A stretch of 32,000 nucleotides of DNA from Desulfocapsa sulfexigens DSM 10523 (GTDB lineage: Bacteria > Desulfobacterota > Desulfobulbia > Desulfobulbales > Desulfocapsaceae), in the NCBI RefSeq assembly GCF_000341395.1, contig NC_020304.1:1380001-1412000 (forward strand). The letters run 5' to 3'. The translations under genes were made by a program, and so were the position numbers. Positions 17,963 through 26,910 of this stretch are shown one piece after another (position 1 is the first letter of the stretch; the number at the start of each line of letters is the position of its first letter). The notes beneath the pieces are model-generated. The model worked only from the letters and a program-made list of their open reading frames with translations, was not told where the DNA came from and did no database searches.

Positions 17963-18241
17963 CGTGTTGATTATATGGGCATCTGCGGCCTGGACGGCCG
18001 CAGCAGAGCCCCCAGGGATGGGTTTATGGCGTCCCATATAATCGATACGGAACAGCTCCGGGTTGCAAAGCTGAGTTTCGATGGTAATCAGGTAAGAAAA
18101 AGAGCAACTATTCAGCTGTCGTCTTTCCATTTCAAGATACCTCTCTCGATGTAGCAAACACCTGGCTGTTCCATGTATCGTTTCAGTGGTTGGTCTGTAG
18201 GTCTTTGAGCATTGTGTGCAGACACAGATTATGGAGTACCT

Positions 18242-19711
18242 TCAATCCTCCAACCATTCTTTTACCTTTTCTGCGGCAAGCTGTCCTGAGGCAGCGGCGG
18301 CCTCAAAGGTGGGATAGATGAGATAGTCACCCGCAAGGAAAAGCCCCTCTCCGGTAGCTTTATCAAGATCAATCATCCGCCGATAACTTCCTGGAACCAT
18401 AACCGGCAGGCCATAACGATATCTGGTTATCTCGTGACCGATAACTTTGGTAGAGGAGCCCGGCAATACCATGTCAAGGGCTGTATATATTCTTGCCAGC
18501 AGCTCATGGTCATCCAAATCGATCACTGTTTTGTCCTGAAAGGAAGAAGGTGGTGCATAGACCAATGTTACCCAATGGCTAAGCGTCGTGAAATCACTAT
18601 TTTCTTTAAAGTGGCTGGCCACCCAGGTAGAGTCATAGATGTCAGTAAAAATCTGGTCATCCTCTATTGCCAGATTGAAACCTTTGGTAAAAATCGGATG
18701 GTTACTGAAAAGTGCCACGGTGCTATACGGCGCATACTGCACAGAACCAAGCAATCGTTGCTGTTCCTTGCTGAGCACAGCTGCTCCTATTGTAAGTGCC
18801 ACGGGCGCCGGGGTGGCAATGATGACTGCATCCGCCCAGAGAATGTACTGCTTTTGATTATCTTTAATGCAGGTGACTTTGAATTCCTCGTCAACTTTTG
18901 TGATTGCTGTAACCTTTGTTCCGGTCTGTATTGAATCTGCCATGTGCCGCGCCAAGGCCTGTGGAATTGCCGCTATTCCATTGTCAAAGGTGTACATTTC
19001 TGTAGCGCCGCTTGTACCGGAGAGCTCCTCGGCAAGGTCACTGACGTTTTCAATCCCTTTGAAATCCTCAAAATCAAATGCCAATTCTGGTAATACCGAA
19101 AGAGCGGAGATTTCATCAAGATTTGCCCCAAACAGCCCTCTTGCGGTGACATTAAATAATTCGTGAAAAATTGACGGATAATTGTTTTCGGTAAACCACT
19201 GCTTTGCAGAAATAGTGTCAAGTCGAGCAAGTTCTCCCTTCAAAGTCAATTCAGGGATTTCATCATACGAATCGTAGAGATCTGTAAGGTGACCGACAAA
19301 ACGATTGAGGGTATTGAGGTTACTTTGATTGATCAGCAGACGGGCCTTGCCAAGCTCATCATAATAAAATTTACCCTGGTGATACGTAACGTCGGCAGGA
19401 GCAGGTACTTCACGCAGAACCAAACCGAGTTCCTCGATCATTTCTTCCAGAGGCTCTTCCGGCTTGCCAAGATATTCAGCACCTCGGGCAAAGGAGATTG
19501 TTTTATATTGGCCGGAAGAAGCGCGACCCCCAACCTGATCCTGCATTTCGAGGAGTAGTACATCGAAATCATCGAGGTAATACGCGGCGGTAAGGCCGGC
19601 AATGCCGCCACCAACGATGATGACATCGTAGGATTTCGGCATGGCTTCCTCTGCGCAGACACGCCAGCCACTCGATGCAAAAAGAAGAAGAAAAATTAGT
19701 ACTGTACGCAT
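18242..19711 (-). CDS. FAD-dependent oxidoreductase (amine oxidase / phytoene desaturase-like fold) with an N-terminal signal or anchor sequence
   Basis: ATG at 19711 with GAGGTG upstream; the tracked start at 19729 is TTG. Has 'MRTVLIFLLLFASSGWRVCAEE' followed by the dinucleotide-binding 'YDVIIVGGGIAGLTAAYYL'. Confidence 0.8.
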   Translation of the reverse strand: MRTVLIFLLLFASSGWRVCAEEAMPKSYDVIIVGGGIAGLTAAYYLDDFDVLLLEMQDQVGGRASSGQYKTISFARGAEYLGKPEEPLEEMIEELGLVLREVPAPADVTYHQGKFYYDELGKARLLINQSNLNTLNRFVGHLTDLYDSYDEIPELTLKGELARLDTISAKQWFTENNYPSIFHELFNVTARGLFGANLDEISALSVLPELAFDFEDFKGIENVSDLAEELSGTSGATEMYTFDNGIAAIPQALARHMADSIQTGTKVTAITKVDEEFKVTCIKDNQKQYILWADAVIIATPAPVALTIGAAVLSKEQQRLLGSVQYAPYSTVALFSNHPIFTKGFNLAIEDDQIFTDIYDSTWVASHFKENSDFTTLSHWVTLVYAPPSSFQDKTVIDLDDHELLARIYTALDMVLPGSSTKVIGHEITRYRYGLPVMVPGSYRRMIDLDKATGEGLFLAGDYLIYPTFEAAAASGQLAAEKVKEWLED

Positions 19712-19750
19712 TATGGTGCACCTCGCCAAGCAATGGTTACTGTTAGAATG

Positions 19751-21304
19751 TCAATCCTTTTCGGTAGAGTGGATGGGCATCCGAGTAGGGCAAAGAGTTA
19801 TGTTTGTTCTATCCTCGAGGTCTTGGGCGAATATTGCCCTGTTGCGCCCCTCTTCTTTGGCGTGATACATTGTTGTGTCTACTATAGCCATGATTTTTTC
19901 AGCGGTATCGCCGTGGGCTGGTGCAGTTGCAATCCCAAGGCTCACTCCAACCTGGGCAAAGCCCTCAGTTCCGACATCAACAGGCTTTCCAATCTCCTCG
20001 ATAATCATGTTTGCCATATCCTCAACTGCTGAGCGAGTGACATTCTCAAGAAGAATGACAAATTCATCGCCTCCTATCCGGCAGACCAATCCAGCTTCCC
20101 CAACGACAGAAATAAGACGTTGGGCAACCACTTTGATTACTGTATCACCGGCTCCATGACCCAGGGTATCGTTGACTTGTTTGAATTTGTCGAGATCGCA
20201 TTGAATAAGGGTAAAAGGGACAGAAGGCAGTTTTTCAAGGGCGACAGTCAGGGCGCGATTGTATTTCAGGCGGTTGCCTAGGCCGGACAGAGTGTCATGC
20301 ATTGCAAGATGTAGGTTTTGTCTTTCACTTTTTGCAAGAGAAACTGTGAGTCTGCTGATTTTCCAGGCAATAATAAAGGCCACTATGCCGAGAATTGTGC
20401 CAAGCAGGATAATGACCGGAATGACCGTGTTCCAGATATGTCGTCCGGGCAGATGGCCTTGCCAGGAAAAAACACCGAGCGCTTTGCCGTTTGGCGAAAT
20501 GATGGTGTACTGATTAACTGAATCGTGACTGAGGTGTTCGCGTTCAAACTGCATATCCAGAAAGGCGAGCTGATCATTAAGTTCATTAACCAATTCTGAT
20601 TCAATAAACTGTGCAGATATAAGCACTACTGGATTCCCATCTGGCAGAACAAATGTGCCTTCGTCGGGCACTATAGCCATGGCATGAATAAGTGCCACAT
20701 TACCATCGAGGTCGACAAATCCATGGATGGGATGTTCGAACTCCTTTCCAAACGGAACAGGTTGCTGACCATATCCTTCCGATAGGTTGATTCGGTTCCG
20801 GAAATACTGGTTTCGGGCGAGTTCAACAAAGCGGTAAAGAGGACTTTCTTTACTCAACATTCCGGTATTAAATGAAACGTCTGCCTCATGGGAATCGGCC
20901 AGGATGTTGTTATTCGGTCCTATCAGCAGATTTTTATCCAGACCGAAATCAAACCAAAGTGAGTCTATGAATTCGTCCACAATAAAATCTTCGTCAAATC
21001 GCAGACTGATTCTGTGTACAGATGTATCCCAACGGGCAAGGCTGAGTTGATCCCTTGCCATGAGCATAAATTTGCCCTTGAGAGCAGTTTCCAGTAGCAA
21101 CTGCTGATTGGTGACGGCCTGAGTGTCAGCTGCTTTGGAGGCGAAGCGGCCAATAAAAATCAGAGAGGCAGATGCGAGAACGATAAGAAGGGTAGCAAGC
21201 AAAAAGGCAAGACGGGCAATATTAATTTTTGACGATAAGTCAGTTGTGTCGCCATATCGCCTGAGAGTTGCCCTATGGTCAACTTTTTTCTCTATTTCGG
21301 TCAT
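19751..21304 (-). CDS. Membrane sensor diguanylate cyclase (GGDEF domain)
   Basis: 'RIGGDEF' active site. Two hydrophobic segments flank a periplasmic-type sensor region of about 250 aa. No RxxD I-site lies directly upstream of GGDEF. Confidence 0.88.
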   Translation of the reverse strand: MTEIEKKVDHRATLRRYGDTTDLSSKINIARLAFLLATLLIVLASASLIFIGRFASKAADTQAVTNQQLLLETALKGKFMLMARDQLSLARWDTSVHRISLRFDEDFIVDEFIDSLWFDFGLDKNLLIGPNNNILADSHEADVSFNTGMLSKESPLYRFVELARNQYFRNRINLSEGYGQQPVPFGKEFEHPIHGFVDLDGNVALIHAMAIVPDEGTFVLPDGNPVVLISAQFIESELVNELNDQLAFLDMQFEREHLSHDSVNQYTIISPNGKALGVFSWQGHLPGRHIWNTVIPVIILLGTILGIVAFIIAWKISRLTVSLAKSERQNLHLAMHDTLSGLGNRLKYNRALTVALEKLPSVPFTLIQCDLDKFKQVNDTLGHGAGDTVIKVVAQRLISVVGEAGLVCRIGGDEFVILLENVTRSAVEDMANMIIEEIGKPVDVGTEGFAQVGVSLGIATAPAHGDTAEKIMAIVDTTMYHAKEEGRNRAIFAQDLEDRTNITLCPTRMPIHSTEKD

Positions 21305-21348
21305 GAGAAGTCCATTCAGAAGGATAGGTTCGGTCAGGATTTTAGCAG

Positions 21349-22215
21349 CTATAGCTGAATATTGTCCCTATGGGAAAGAAGTCCCCGTAAGACAGCGAGA
21401 TTGTCCCGATCCTCCTGCAGATCTTTTCCCTTCGGTGTTTCAAGTGTCATTGGGTGGTCTGCAAAGCGAGGATCGTTTAGAAGGTTACGAAATCCATCGA
21501 GGCCAATTTCGCCCTGACCAATGTGTTCGTGGCGGTCCACGTTACAGCCAAGGCTCTTTTTTGAGTCGTTGAGATGAAAAAAACGGATCTGTTCTATTCC
21601 TACAAATTTGTCAAATTCAGCCATACATGCCTGGTAGCTTTTCGGGCTGCGAATATCATATCCGGCAGCAAATATGTGACAGGTATCCATGCAGACCCCG
21701 AGTTTGTTCCTGTATTTCGAGCCTTCGATGATCGCCCCTAATTCTTCAAAACGACTCCCCAGGCCTGTGCCCTGACCAGCGGTGGTTTCCAGGAGGACCG
21801 TTACCTGATTGTCGGCACGTTCGAAGGCCAGATCAAGATTTTTTATAAACCTGGCGATACCGGTATCCACCCCGTCACCACCATGGGATCCGGGATGCAT
21901 AACAACCAGAGGGATGTTCAGTACCTCGCAGCGTTTCAGTTCATCTGAAAAGGCTATGATGGATTTTTGGGCAAGATCGGGTTTTCCCGAGGCCAGATTC
22001 ACCAGGTAGGAGGCATGGGAGGCAACGGGCATGTCTGGACATTCCTCCCAGGCAGCGGCAAAAAGTTGTTGTTCCTCTTCCGTCACCGGCTTGGGGGTCC
22101 ACTGGCGCTGGTTACGGGTGAAGATCTGCAGGGCAGATCCGCCCACCGCACGTATTCGATCAAAAGCAAGGTGTACTCCGCCTGCTACTGATTCATGGGC
22201 TCCAAGTAATGGCAT
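21349..22215 (-). CDS. nfo: Deoxyribonuclease IV (endonuclease IV)
   Basis: 'LGAHES..GG', 'HASYLVNLAS', 'VMHPGSH', 'CMDTCHIFAAGYD' and 'HLNDSK' motifs. Confidence 0.93.
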   Translation of the reverse strand: MPLLGAHESVAGGVHLAFDRIRAVGGSALQIFTRNQRQWTPKPVTEEEQQLFAAAWEECPDMPVASHASYLVNLASGKPDLAQKSIIAFSDELKRCEVLNIPLVVMHPGSHGGDGVDTGIARFIKNLDLAFERADNQVTVLLETTAGQGTGLGSRFEELGAIIEGSKYRNKLGVCMDTCHIFAAGYDIRSPKSYQACMAEFDKFVGIEQIRFFHLNDSKKSLGCNVDRHEHIGQGEIGLDGFRNLLNDPRFADHPMTLETPKGKDLQEDRDNLAVLRGLLSHRDNIQL

Positions 22216-22239
22216 GAAAGGTGTGTCCTTTTTTGAATA

Positions 22240-22267
22240 TTGATGTTTTGAGAAGCAATGCTATAAT
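22240..22267 (+). promoter_or_regulatory. Sigma70-like promoter upstream of the small ORF
   Basis: TTGATG (22240-22245), 16-nt spacer, TATAAT (22262-22267). Confidence 0.35.
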
Positions 22268-22313
22268 AGTGGCATTCATTACTATAATTCATTTTTCAAT
22301 GGTAGGGAAAATA

Positions 22314-22553
22314 ATGAGTCAGGGAATGACAGTTCAACAGTCAGCAGCAGCTCCGTCCATGGATCGGGTAAATGTAAAATCCCAGCATCAGAATACCCCA
22401 ACCGATGAGGCCGCATCTCGAAGGGCTGAAAAACGGGCTAATGCCGAACAAGCAGATGCAAAGGCAAGTCAGGTTGCCAAAAAAGTATTGAAAATTGAGA
22501 CCGTTGTCGACAAGGCGATGAAAGATGTAGGCCGCATTGATATCTACGCCTGA
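22314..22553 (+). CDS. Small hypothetical protein (79 aa), hydrophilic and charged
   Basis: ATG at 22314 preceded by AGGGAAA. No recognisable motif. The tracked start at 22221 would overlap the divergent promoter region. Confidence 0.4.
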   Translation: MSQGMTVQQSAAAPSMDRVNVKSQHQNTPTDEAASRRAEKRANAEQADAKASQVAKKVLKIETVVDKAMKDVGRIDIYA

Positions 22554-22557
22554 TTAC

Positions 22558-24423
22558 CTACTGTCCATCCTTTTCCATAATCGTTGATTCGTAGCTTCTA
22601 CTGGTGAATTTCAGAATCTGTTCCCGATAATATGTCCCCTCTTCAGGGTCGGCAAACATTGCCTGCCTCTCCGTTGCTACGGCTTTTTCAATAAAACCAT
22701 TTGCCCAGTAGGCCGTGGCCAGGGTGTCCAGAACATATCCGGCGGGTATTTGTACAGCCGCAAGGCGGGCCAGGTCGAGGGCTCGTGCTGGGTCTCTGAG
22801 TGATGAGTCATCGCTCGTCAAGAGCAGCCAGGCCAGGTTGTTAAGCAGCTTGGGGTTTGATGGTTCAAGGGTAAGGGCTTTGTCGTAGGCCGCAATAGCC
22901 TTTTTCTCCATTTTTTTATGCTGCATCAGATCAGCTGCGATACCAAGCCACAGCGCCTTATCTGGTTCCCGTATAAGTTTCTGATCAAGAATAAATTCCG
23001 TATATTTTTCTTCGTAGAGCTGTTTCCAGGTCTCGGTTGGTATAAATCTCTGACTCGATGCCGCTGTTATGATCACTATGATATAAACAAGAAGACTGAG
23101 TAAAACTTTACGGTTGTGACGTTTGATCCAGGATCTGTCCTCCTCACATCGTTGCAGGTAATCCACCCGTTGACCAATTCCAAAATGATGCCAGCTCGGC
23201 AGGTCTCTGATATTTCCTGAAAGCACTGCGATCTTTTCAAAGGCTGAGATTATGGAGTCACTGCTGCCAATGGCTTTAAAGACGTGAAGATCAGCCTGAC
23301 GTTCAAAATTTCTGACAAAGTAGCCGAATAAAAAGCGGAAATAGAGAACCATTAGCCCGAGAACGGTGATTGCCATAAGTACCGTAAGCATGTTTTCTGC
23401 AGTGAGCCCTGTGAGCTCAAGCAGTGTATAGAAGCTGCTTCGGGAAAGAAGGAAGAAGGTGAAGGGCTCAAGAACAAATCCTGCAAGTATTGAAAATCCT
23501 GAAATAATGAGAAGATAAAGCAGCATATGCTTCTTCTTGATATGGCCTATCTCATGGGCCATTACGGCGTCCAGTTCATTGAGAGAAAGGTTGTTAAGAA
23601 GCGCCGGGGTAATCATGACATAGCGGAGACCAGGAATGATACCCATGACTCCGGCGGTGATGACCCTGCCTTCAAAGAGGGGCCAGATAAAGATCTTTGC
23701 CGAGAAACGCTGTTTTCTGAAAAAGGCCTGAAGGTGGTCAAGTAATTCTCCCTGTGGGAATGGCGTGCAACCCCAGAGCCTCCTGACCAGAGGGGGAAAG
23801 AAGATCAGGATCAGGAGCAGAAACAGAATAAAAGAAGTGTACTCACCCGCTTCCGAATGGAGAAAGGTCTTCAGTCCAGGAAAAGGAAGCAGGGCCAGCA
23901 GGTCATAGGAGAGTGAAAGCACAATCCAGGGCAGGACAATGGGCAGGTTCGCCTTGGTATTGTAAAGAAGGAATGCTCTGGTACTGTAACTGCGGCTGAA
24001 TATCACCTGGTAAGCCGGTTTTGCATGCCGCCACATGAGTAGCAGAAAGAGGAAAAAGAAAGCCAGTCCACCGATATTAACAAATGAGGGAAAGTTTCCG
24101 CCAAGGTCGAGTGGGCTGAGGTAGTAGTGGATGTCACAGGAAAAAAGAACAGCAGAGTAGAATATCAGTGCCAGCAGTGAAAGCCGCTTTTCAGCGTCAA
24201 AGTAAGCTCCGGAGCCGTTTCGGTTCACTCTTGAGTAAAGCCGTTTTGCCAAACGGTCAAAGAGGAAGAGCAGGACAGAGAAGAGTGCCAGGGATGCGGG
24301 AAGTGGAAAGAGAGGCTTCTCAGTCCCACCGGTCATGGTAAAGAGAAAGATGGCTACAAGAAAGAAAAGGAGATTGTTATATATCATGGGGGTTCTTATA
24401 TCTCGTATTTGCTGCTCTTTCAA
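22558..24423 (-). CDS. M48-family zinc metalloprotease with multiple TM segments and C-terminal TPR repeats
   Basis: 'HEIGHIKKKH' HExxH motif and many hydrophobic helices. The C-terminus is TPR-like ('AIAAYDKALTLEPSNPKLLNNLAWLL'). The start is ambiguous: TTG at 24423 or ATG at 24387. Confidence 0.85.
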   Translation of the reverse strand: MKEQQIRDIRTPMIYNNLLFFLVAIFLFTMTGGTEKPLFPLPASLALFSVLLFLFDRLAKRLYSRVNRNGSGAYFDAEKRLSLLALIFYSAVLFSCDIHYYLSPLDLGGNFPSFVNIGGLAFFFLFLLLMWRHAKPAYQVIFSRSYSTRAFLLYNTKANLPIVLPWIVLSLSYDLLALLPFPGLKTFLHSEAGEYTSFILFLLLILIFFPPLVRRLWGCTPFPQGELLDHLQAFFRKQRFSAKIFIWPLFEGRVITAGVMGIIPGLRYVMITPALLNNLSLNELDAVMAHEIGHIKKKHMLLYLLIISGFSILAGFVLEPFTFFLLSRSSFYTLLELTGLTAENMLTVLMAITVLGLMVLYFRFLFGYFVRNFERQADLHVFKAIGSSDSIISAFEKIAVLSGNIRDLPSWHHFGIGQRVDYLQRCEEDRSWIKRHNRKVLLSLLVYIIVIITAASSQRFIPTETWKQLYEEKYTEFILDQKLIREPDKALWLGIAADLMQHKKMEKKAIAAYDKALTLEPSNPKLLNNLAWLLLTSDDSSLRDPARALDLARLAAVQIPAGYVLDTLATAYWANGFIEKAVATERQAMFADPEEGTYYREQILKFTSRSYESTIMEKDGQ

Positions 24424-24582
24424 TCAGGTTTTAGTGGAAGGAATAACATACTAATCTATTAGAGCTTAAATGGCAGTTTATTAGATGCTGTTGATAAATA
24501 CTGGTGATTTTACAGAAGGGAATACTTTTTAGTTGACATTTTGCCGCAGTTCGTTTCTTATTGGGGGTTATGATGCCGGAGA

Positions 24583-24658
24583 GGGCGCATAGCTCAGTTG
24601 GTAGAGCCACCGGCTCATAACCGGTCGGTCGTAGGTTCAAGTCCTACTGTGCCCACCA
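24583..24658 (+). tRNA. tRNA with CAU anticodon: elongator Met, or Ile2 if lysidine-modified. Not an initiator.
   Basis: Cloverleaf GGGCGCA/TGTGCCC acceptor stem, anticodon CAT at 24616-24618, TTCAAGT T-loop, encoded CCA. G1:C72 pairs, and the anticodon stem lacks the three consecutive G:C pairs typical of initiator tRNA. Confidence 0.92.
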
Positions 24659-24799
24659 TTACACAGAATCTGCCACAAAGACCAGGTTCCTTGAACAGAA
24701 TATACTTTTTTCGTAACAGAGAGAGGCGGGTCGCCTCACCCTTCATATTTGTTTTCGCTGAATCAGGCAGAGAAGCCTGTTGCAGGAAGCCCGAAATCC

Positions 24800-24834
24800 A
24801 AAGGTACAGCCCGAAAGGGATGTACCTTTTTTTT
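24800..24834 (+). terminator. Strong rho-independent terminator
   Basis: AAAGGTACA-G-CCC-GAAA-GGG-A-TGTACCTTT followed by a T-run (8 T in total, 24827-24834), with a GNRA tetraloop. Confidence 0.75.
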
Positions 24835-24869
24835 ATGTCTAATCCCAGCCAATTATGTGGGGGCACTTG

Positions 24870-25688
24870 ATGGCTGTCAGGATAATTGATCTCCTTGATG
24901 GACTTGAGCAGATTGCCCCTGGAAATCTTGCCGAAAGCTGGGACAATGTGGGGCTTCTCATTGGCGATCCACACCGGGAAACACAGTCTCTGTTACTGGG
25001 ACTCGATCCAACACTCTCTCTGCTCGAAGAAGCTATCAGTCTTGGGGCCGATACACTGCTTACACATCATCCCTGTATTTTCAAGCCACTTCACTCTGTC
25101 CAGACAGCAACGCCGAGCGGTGCTTTTGTTGAAAAAGCCCTTGCTAATAAAATCAATGTCATAGCATGCCATACAAATTTTGACAGTACCGTGGATGGGG
25201 TCAGTGATGCTCTGGGTGTGCTTCTCGGACTTGAAAATCTCAAACCGTTGCAACCCATCGATTCTGCCGCTCATGGCCTGGGAAGGATTGGCAGGTATAG
25301 CAAATCCATATCTTTTACTCTCTTTATGAAACGAGTCTTTGCTGCCCTTGAAACTCAGGCAGTACAGATTGCAGGTATCCAACCACAGAAGATTCAGTCT
25401 GTTGCCCTGTGTGGCGGCAGTGGTTCTGATCTTGTCGAGGAAGCATGTCGTCAGGGCGCCCACGTGTATCTCTCCTCGGAAATAAAGCACTCAACGGCTC
25501 GTTGGGCTGAGGATAGCGGTTTTTGTGTTATTGATGCAGGCCATTATGCAACAGAGAAACCAGCCATGGCCTTACTGGCCAGTTCACTGCAGATTCTTGC
25601 ACGGAATAGGGATTGGAAACTGCAAATCTGTCAGAGCAAGTTAGAAAAACCGGTGTTTACTTTTATTAATAGAAACGATTATTCATAG
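24870..25688 (+). CDS. Nif3-like dinuclear metal centre protein (YbgI / GTP cyclohydrolase 1 type 2 family)
   Basis: 'ESWDNVGLLIGD', 'LLTHHP.IF' and a C-terminal 'IDAGHYATE' motif. Confidence 0.88.
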   Translation: MAVRIIDLLDGLEQIAPGNLAESWDNVGLLIGDPHRETQSLLLGLDPTLSLLEEAISLGADTLLTHHPCIFKPLHSVQTATPSGAFVEKALANKINVIACHTNFDSTVDGVSDALGVLLGLENLKPLQPIDSAAHGLGRIGRYSKSISFTLFMKRVFAALETQAVQIAGIQPQKIQSVALCGGSGSDLVEEACRQGAHVYLSSEIKHSTARWAEDSGFCVIDAGHYATEKPAMALLASSLQILARNRDWKLQICQSKLEKPVFTFINRNDYS

Positions 25689-25715
25689 AATAGTATTTAC
25701 AACAGGAGAACAGTC

Positions 25716-26441
25716 TTGAACGAAGAAATAGTCCAACTTACCTTACTGCAGAGTATCGATCATGTGATAGATACAATTGATTCAGAGATTCAGAAAGAAC
25801 AGGATGCACTTGATGTGAAAAGTGCAGAACTTGCTGATCGTGAGTCCACCATTAGCACCCTTACCGAAAAAATTGAGAATCTGGAAAAAGAACGTCGTAC
25901 TCTGGAAGTAGAAGTTGCTGATGAAATGGTTCATGTGAAGGATCGGCAGTCCAAGATGATGCAGGTTCAAACCGGACGTGAGCAGACAGCCCTTCTGAAG
26001 GAAATTGAGGACGCAAAAAAGGGTGTAAAGGAGAAGGAAGAAAAAGTTGTTGCCATCATGGAAGAAGTCGAGCAGCTGACCGCAGAGATTGAAGAGAATA
26101 AAAACCTCTTTAAAGGTGAGACCGAGCTGTTGGTGGAAGAGACTGAAGCAGTAAAGAAAGCAATTGCCGCGATTAATAAAAAGAAAAAGGCCCAGGAAAA
26201 GAAACGTGTCGCCCAGGCTAAGAAATTGAAAGCTCGGCTCCTTAAAAAATATGACACCCTTCGTGCTCATCGTAATGGTCTTGGAGTGGTAAATGTCCTT
26301 GATGGTGTCTGTCAGGGATGTTTTATGGCCATTCCTCCTCAGCAGTACAATCTTCTGCTTCGCGGCGACGAGCATTTTGATTGTCCGACCTGTCAGCGGA
26401 TCATGTATCATGAGCCTGTCGAAGAGGTGGAAGAAGTATAG
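25716..26441 (+). CDS. COG1579-type coiled-coil protein with a C-terminal C4 zinc ribbon
   Basis: TTG start with AGGAG 7 nt upstream. Long E/K-rich coiled coil, then 'CQGCFMAIPPQ...FDCPTCQRIM'. Confidence 0.8.
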   Translation: MNEEIVQLTLLQSIDHVIDTIDSEIQKEQDALDVKSAELADRESTISTLTEKIENLEKERRTLEVEVADEMVHVKDRQSKMMQVQTGREQTALLKEIEDAKKGVKEKEEKVVAIMEEVEQLTAEIEENKNLFKGETELLVEETEAVKKAIAAINKKKKAQEKKRVAQAKKLKARLLKKYDTLRAHRNGLGVVNVLDGVCQGCFMAIPPQQYNLLLRGDEHFDCPTCQRIMYHEPVEEVEEV

Positions 26442-26480
26442 GAAAAACTGTCAGTGATGCAGGAATTCAAAAAGAATAGT

Positions 26481-26510
26481 TTGAATTTACGTCTGTTGAC
26501 ATTATATAAA
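26481..26510 (+). promoter_or_regulatory. Putative rnpB promoter
   Basis: TTGAAT (26481-26486) and an A/T-rich -10 (TATATA/TATAAA, 26503-26510), 16-18 nt apart, just upstream of the RNase P RNA 5' end. Confidence 0.35.
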
Positions 26511-26898
26511 GAGTTGGAGCGGGTGCATGATCGCTCGGGTCTTTAAGGCCTGAGAGGAAAGTCCGAACTCCGCAGGGCAGGATGGTTCGTAACGCGAACG
26601 CCGGGTGACTGGCGGAAAGTGCCACAGAAAATATACCGCCGGGTCTTCGGATTCGGTAAGGGTGAAATGGCGAGGTAAGAGCTCACCGCCTGCACAGGTG
26701 ACTGTCAGGGCAGGGTAAACCCCATCCGGAGCAAGACCAAATAGGAAGACGTCCCGCAGGAAGTGCCTTTGAGGTACATTTTGTGGGTATGGTTGCCCGC
26801 CAGAAGTCTTCGGGTAGGTTGCAAGAGGTGCCGGGTGACCGGCATTCCAGTGAAATGATCATGATTGTACAGAATTCGGCTTATAGCCCGCTCCATTT
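26511..26898 (+). ncRNA. rnpB: RNase P RNA, bacterial type A
   Basis: P1 pairing TGGAGCGGG (about 26515-26523) with CCCGCTCCA (26887-26895). Conserved 'GAGGAAAGTCCG', 'GGTAAGGGTGAAA', 'AGCAAGACCAAATAGG' and 'ACAGAATTCGGCTTATAG', followed by a T-run. Confidence 0.93.
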
Positions 26899-26910
26899 TT
26901 TTTATCCAGA

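Noticed and set aside
17933-18157. 74-codon minus-strand ORF between the convergent genes
   Set aside because: It has no SD and overlaps both the DUF808 terminator and the nested inverted repeat. It is more likely non-coding.
24533-24574. Candidate tRNA promoter (TTGACA at 24533-24538, TATGAT at 24569-24574)
   Set aside because: The two hexamers are 30 nt apart, so they cannot belong to the same sigma70 promoter. Neither has a convincing partner at 16-18 nt, so no promoter is reported.
24615-24974. 119-codon minus-strand ORF, together with the plus-strand ORF 24598-24870
   Set aside because: They overlap the tRNA gene, the terminator hairpin and the Nif3 start. There is no RBS.
26705-26896. 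63-codon minus-strand ORF
   Set aside because: It lies entirely inside the RNase P RNA gene and is an artefact of ORF calling.
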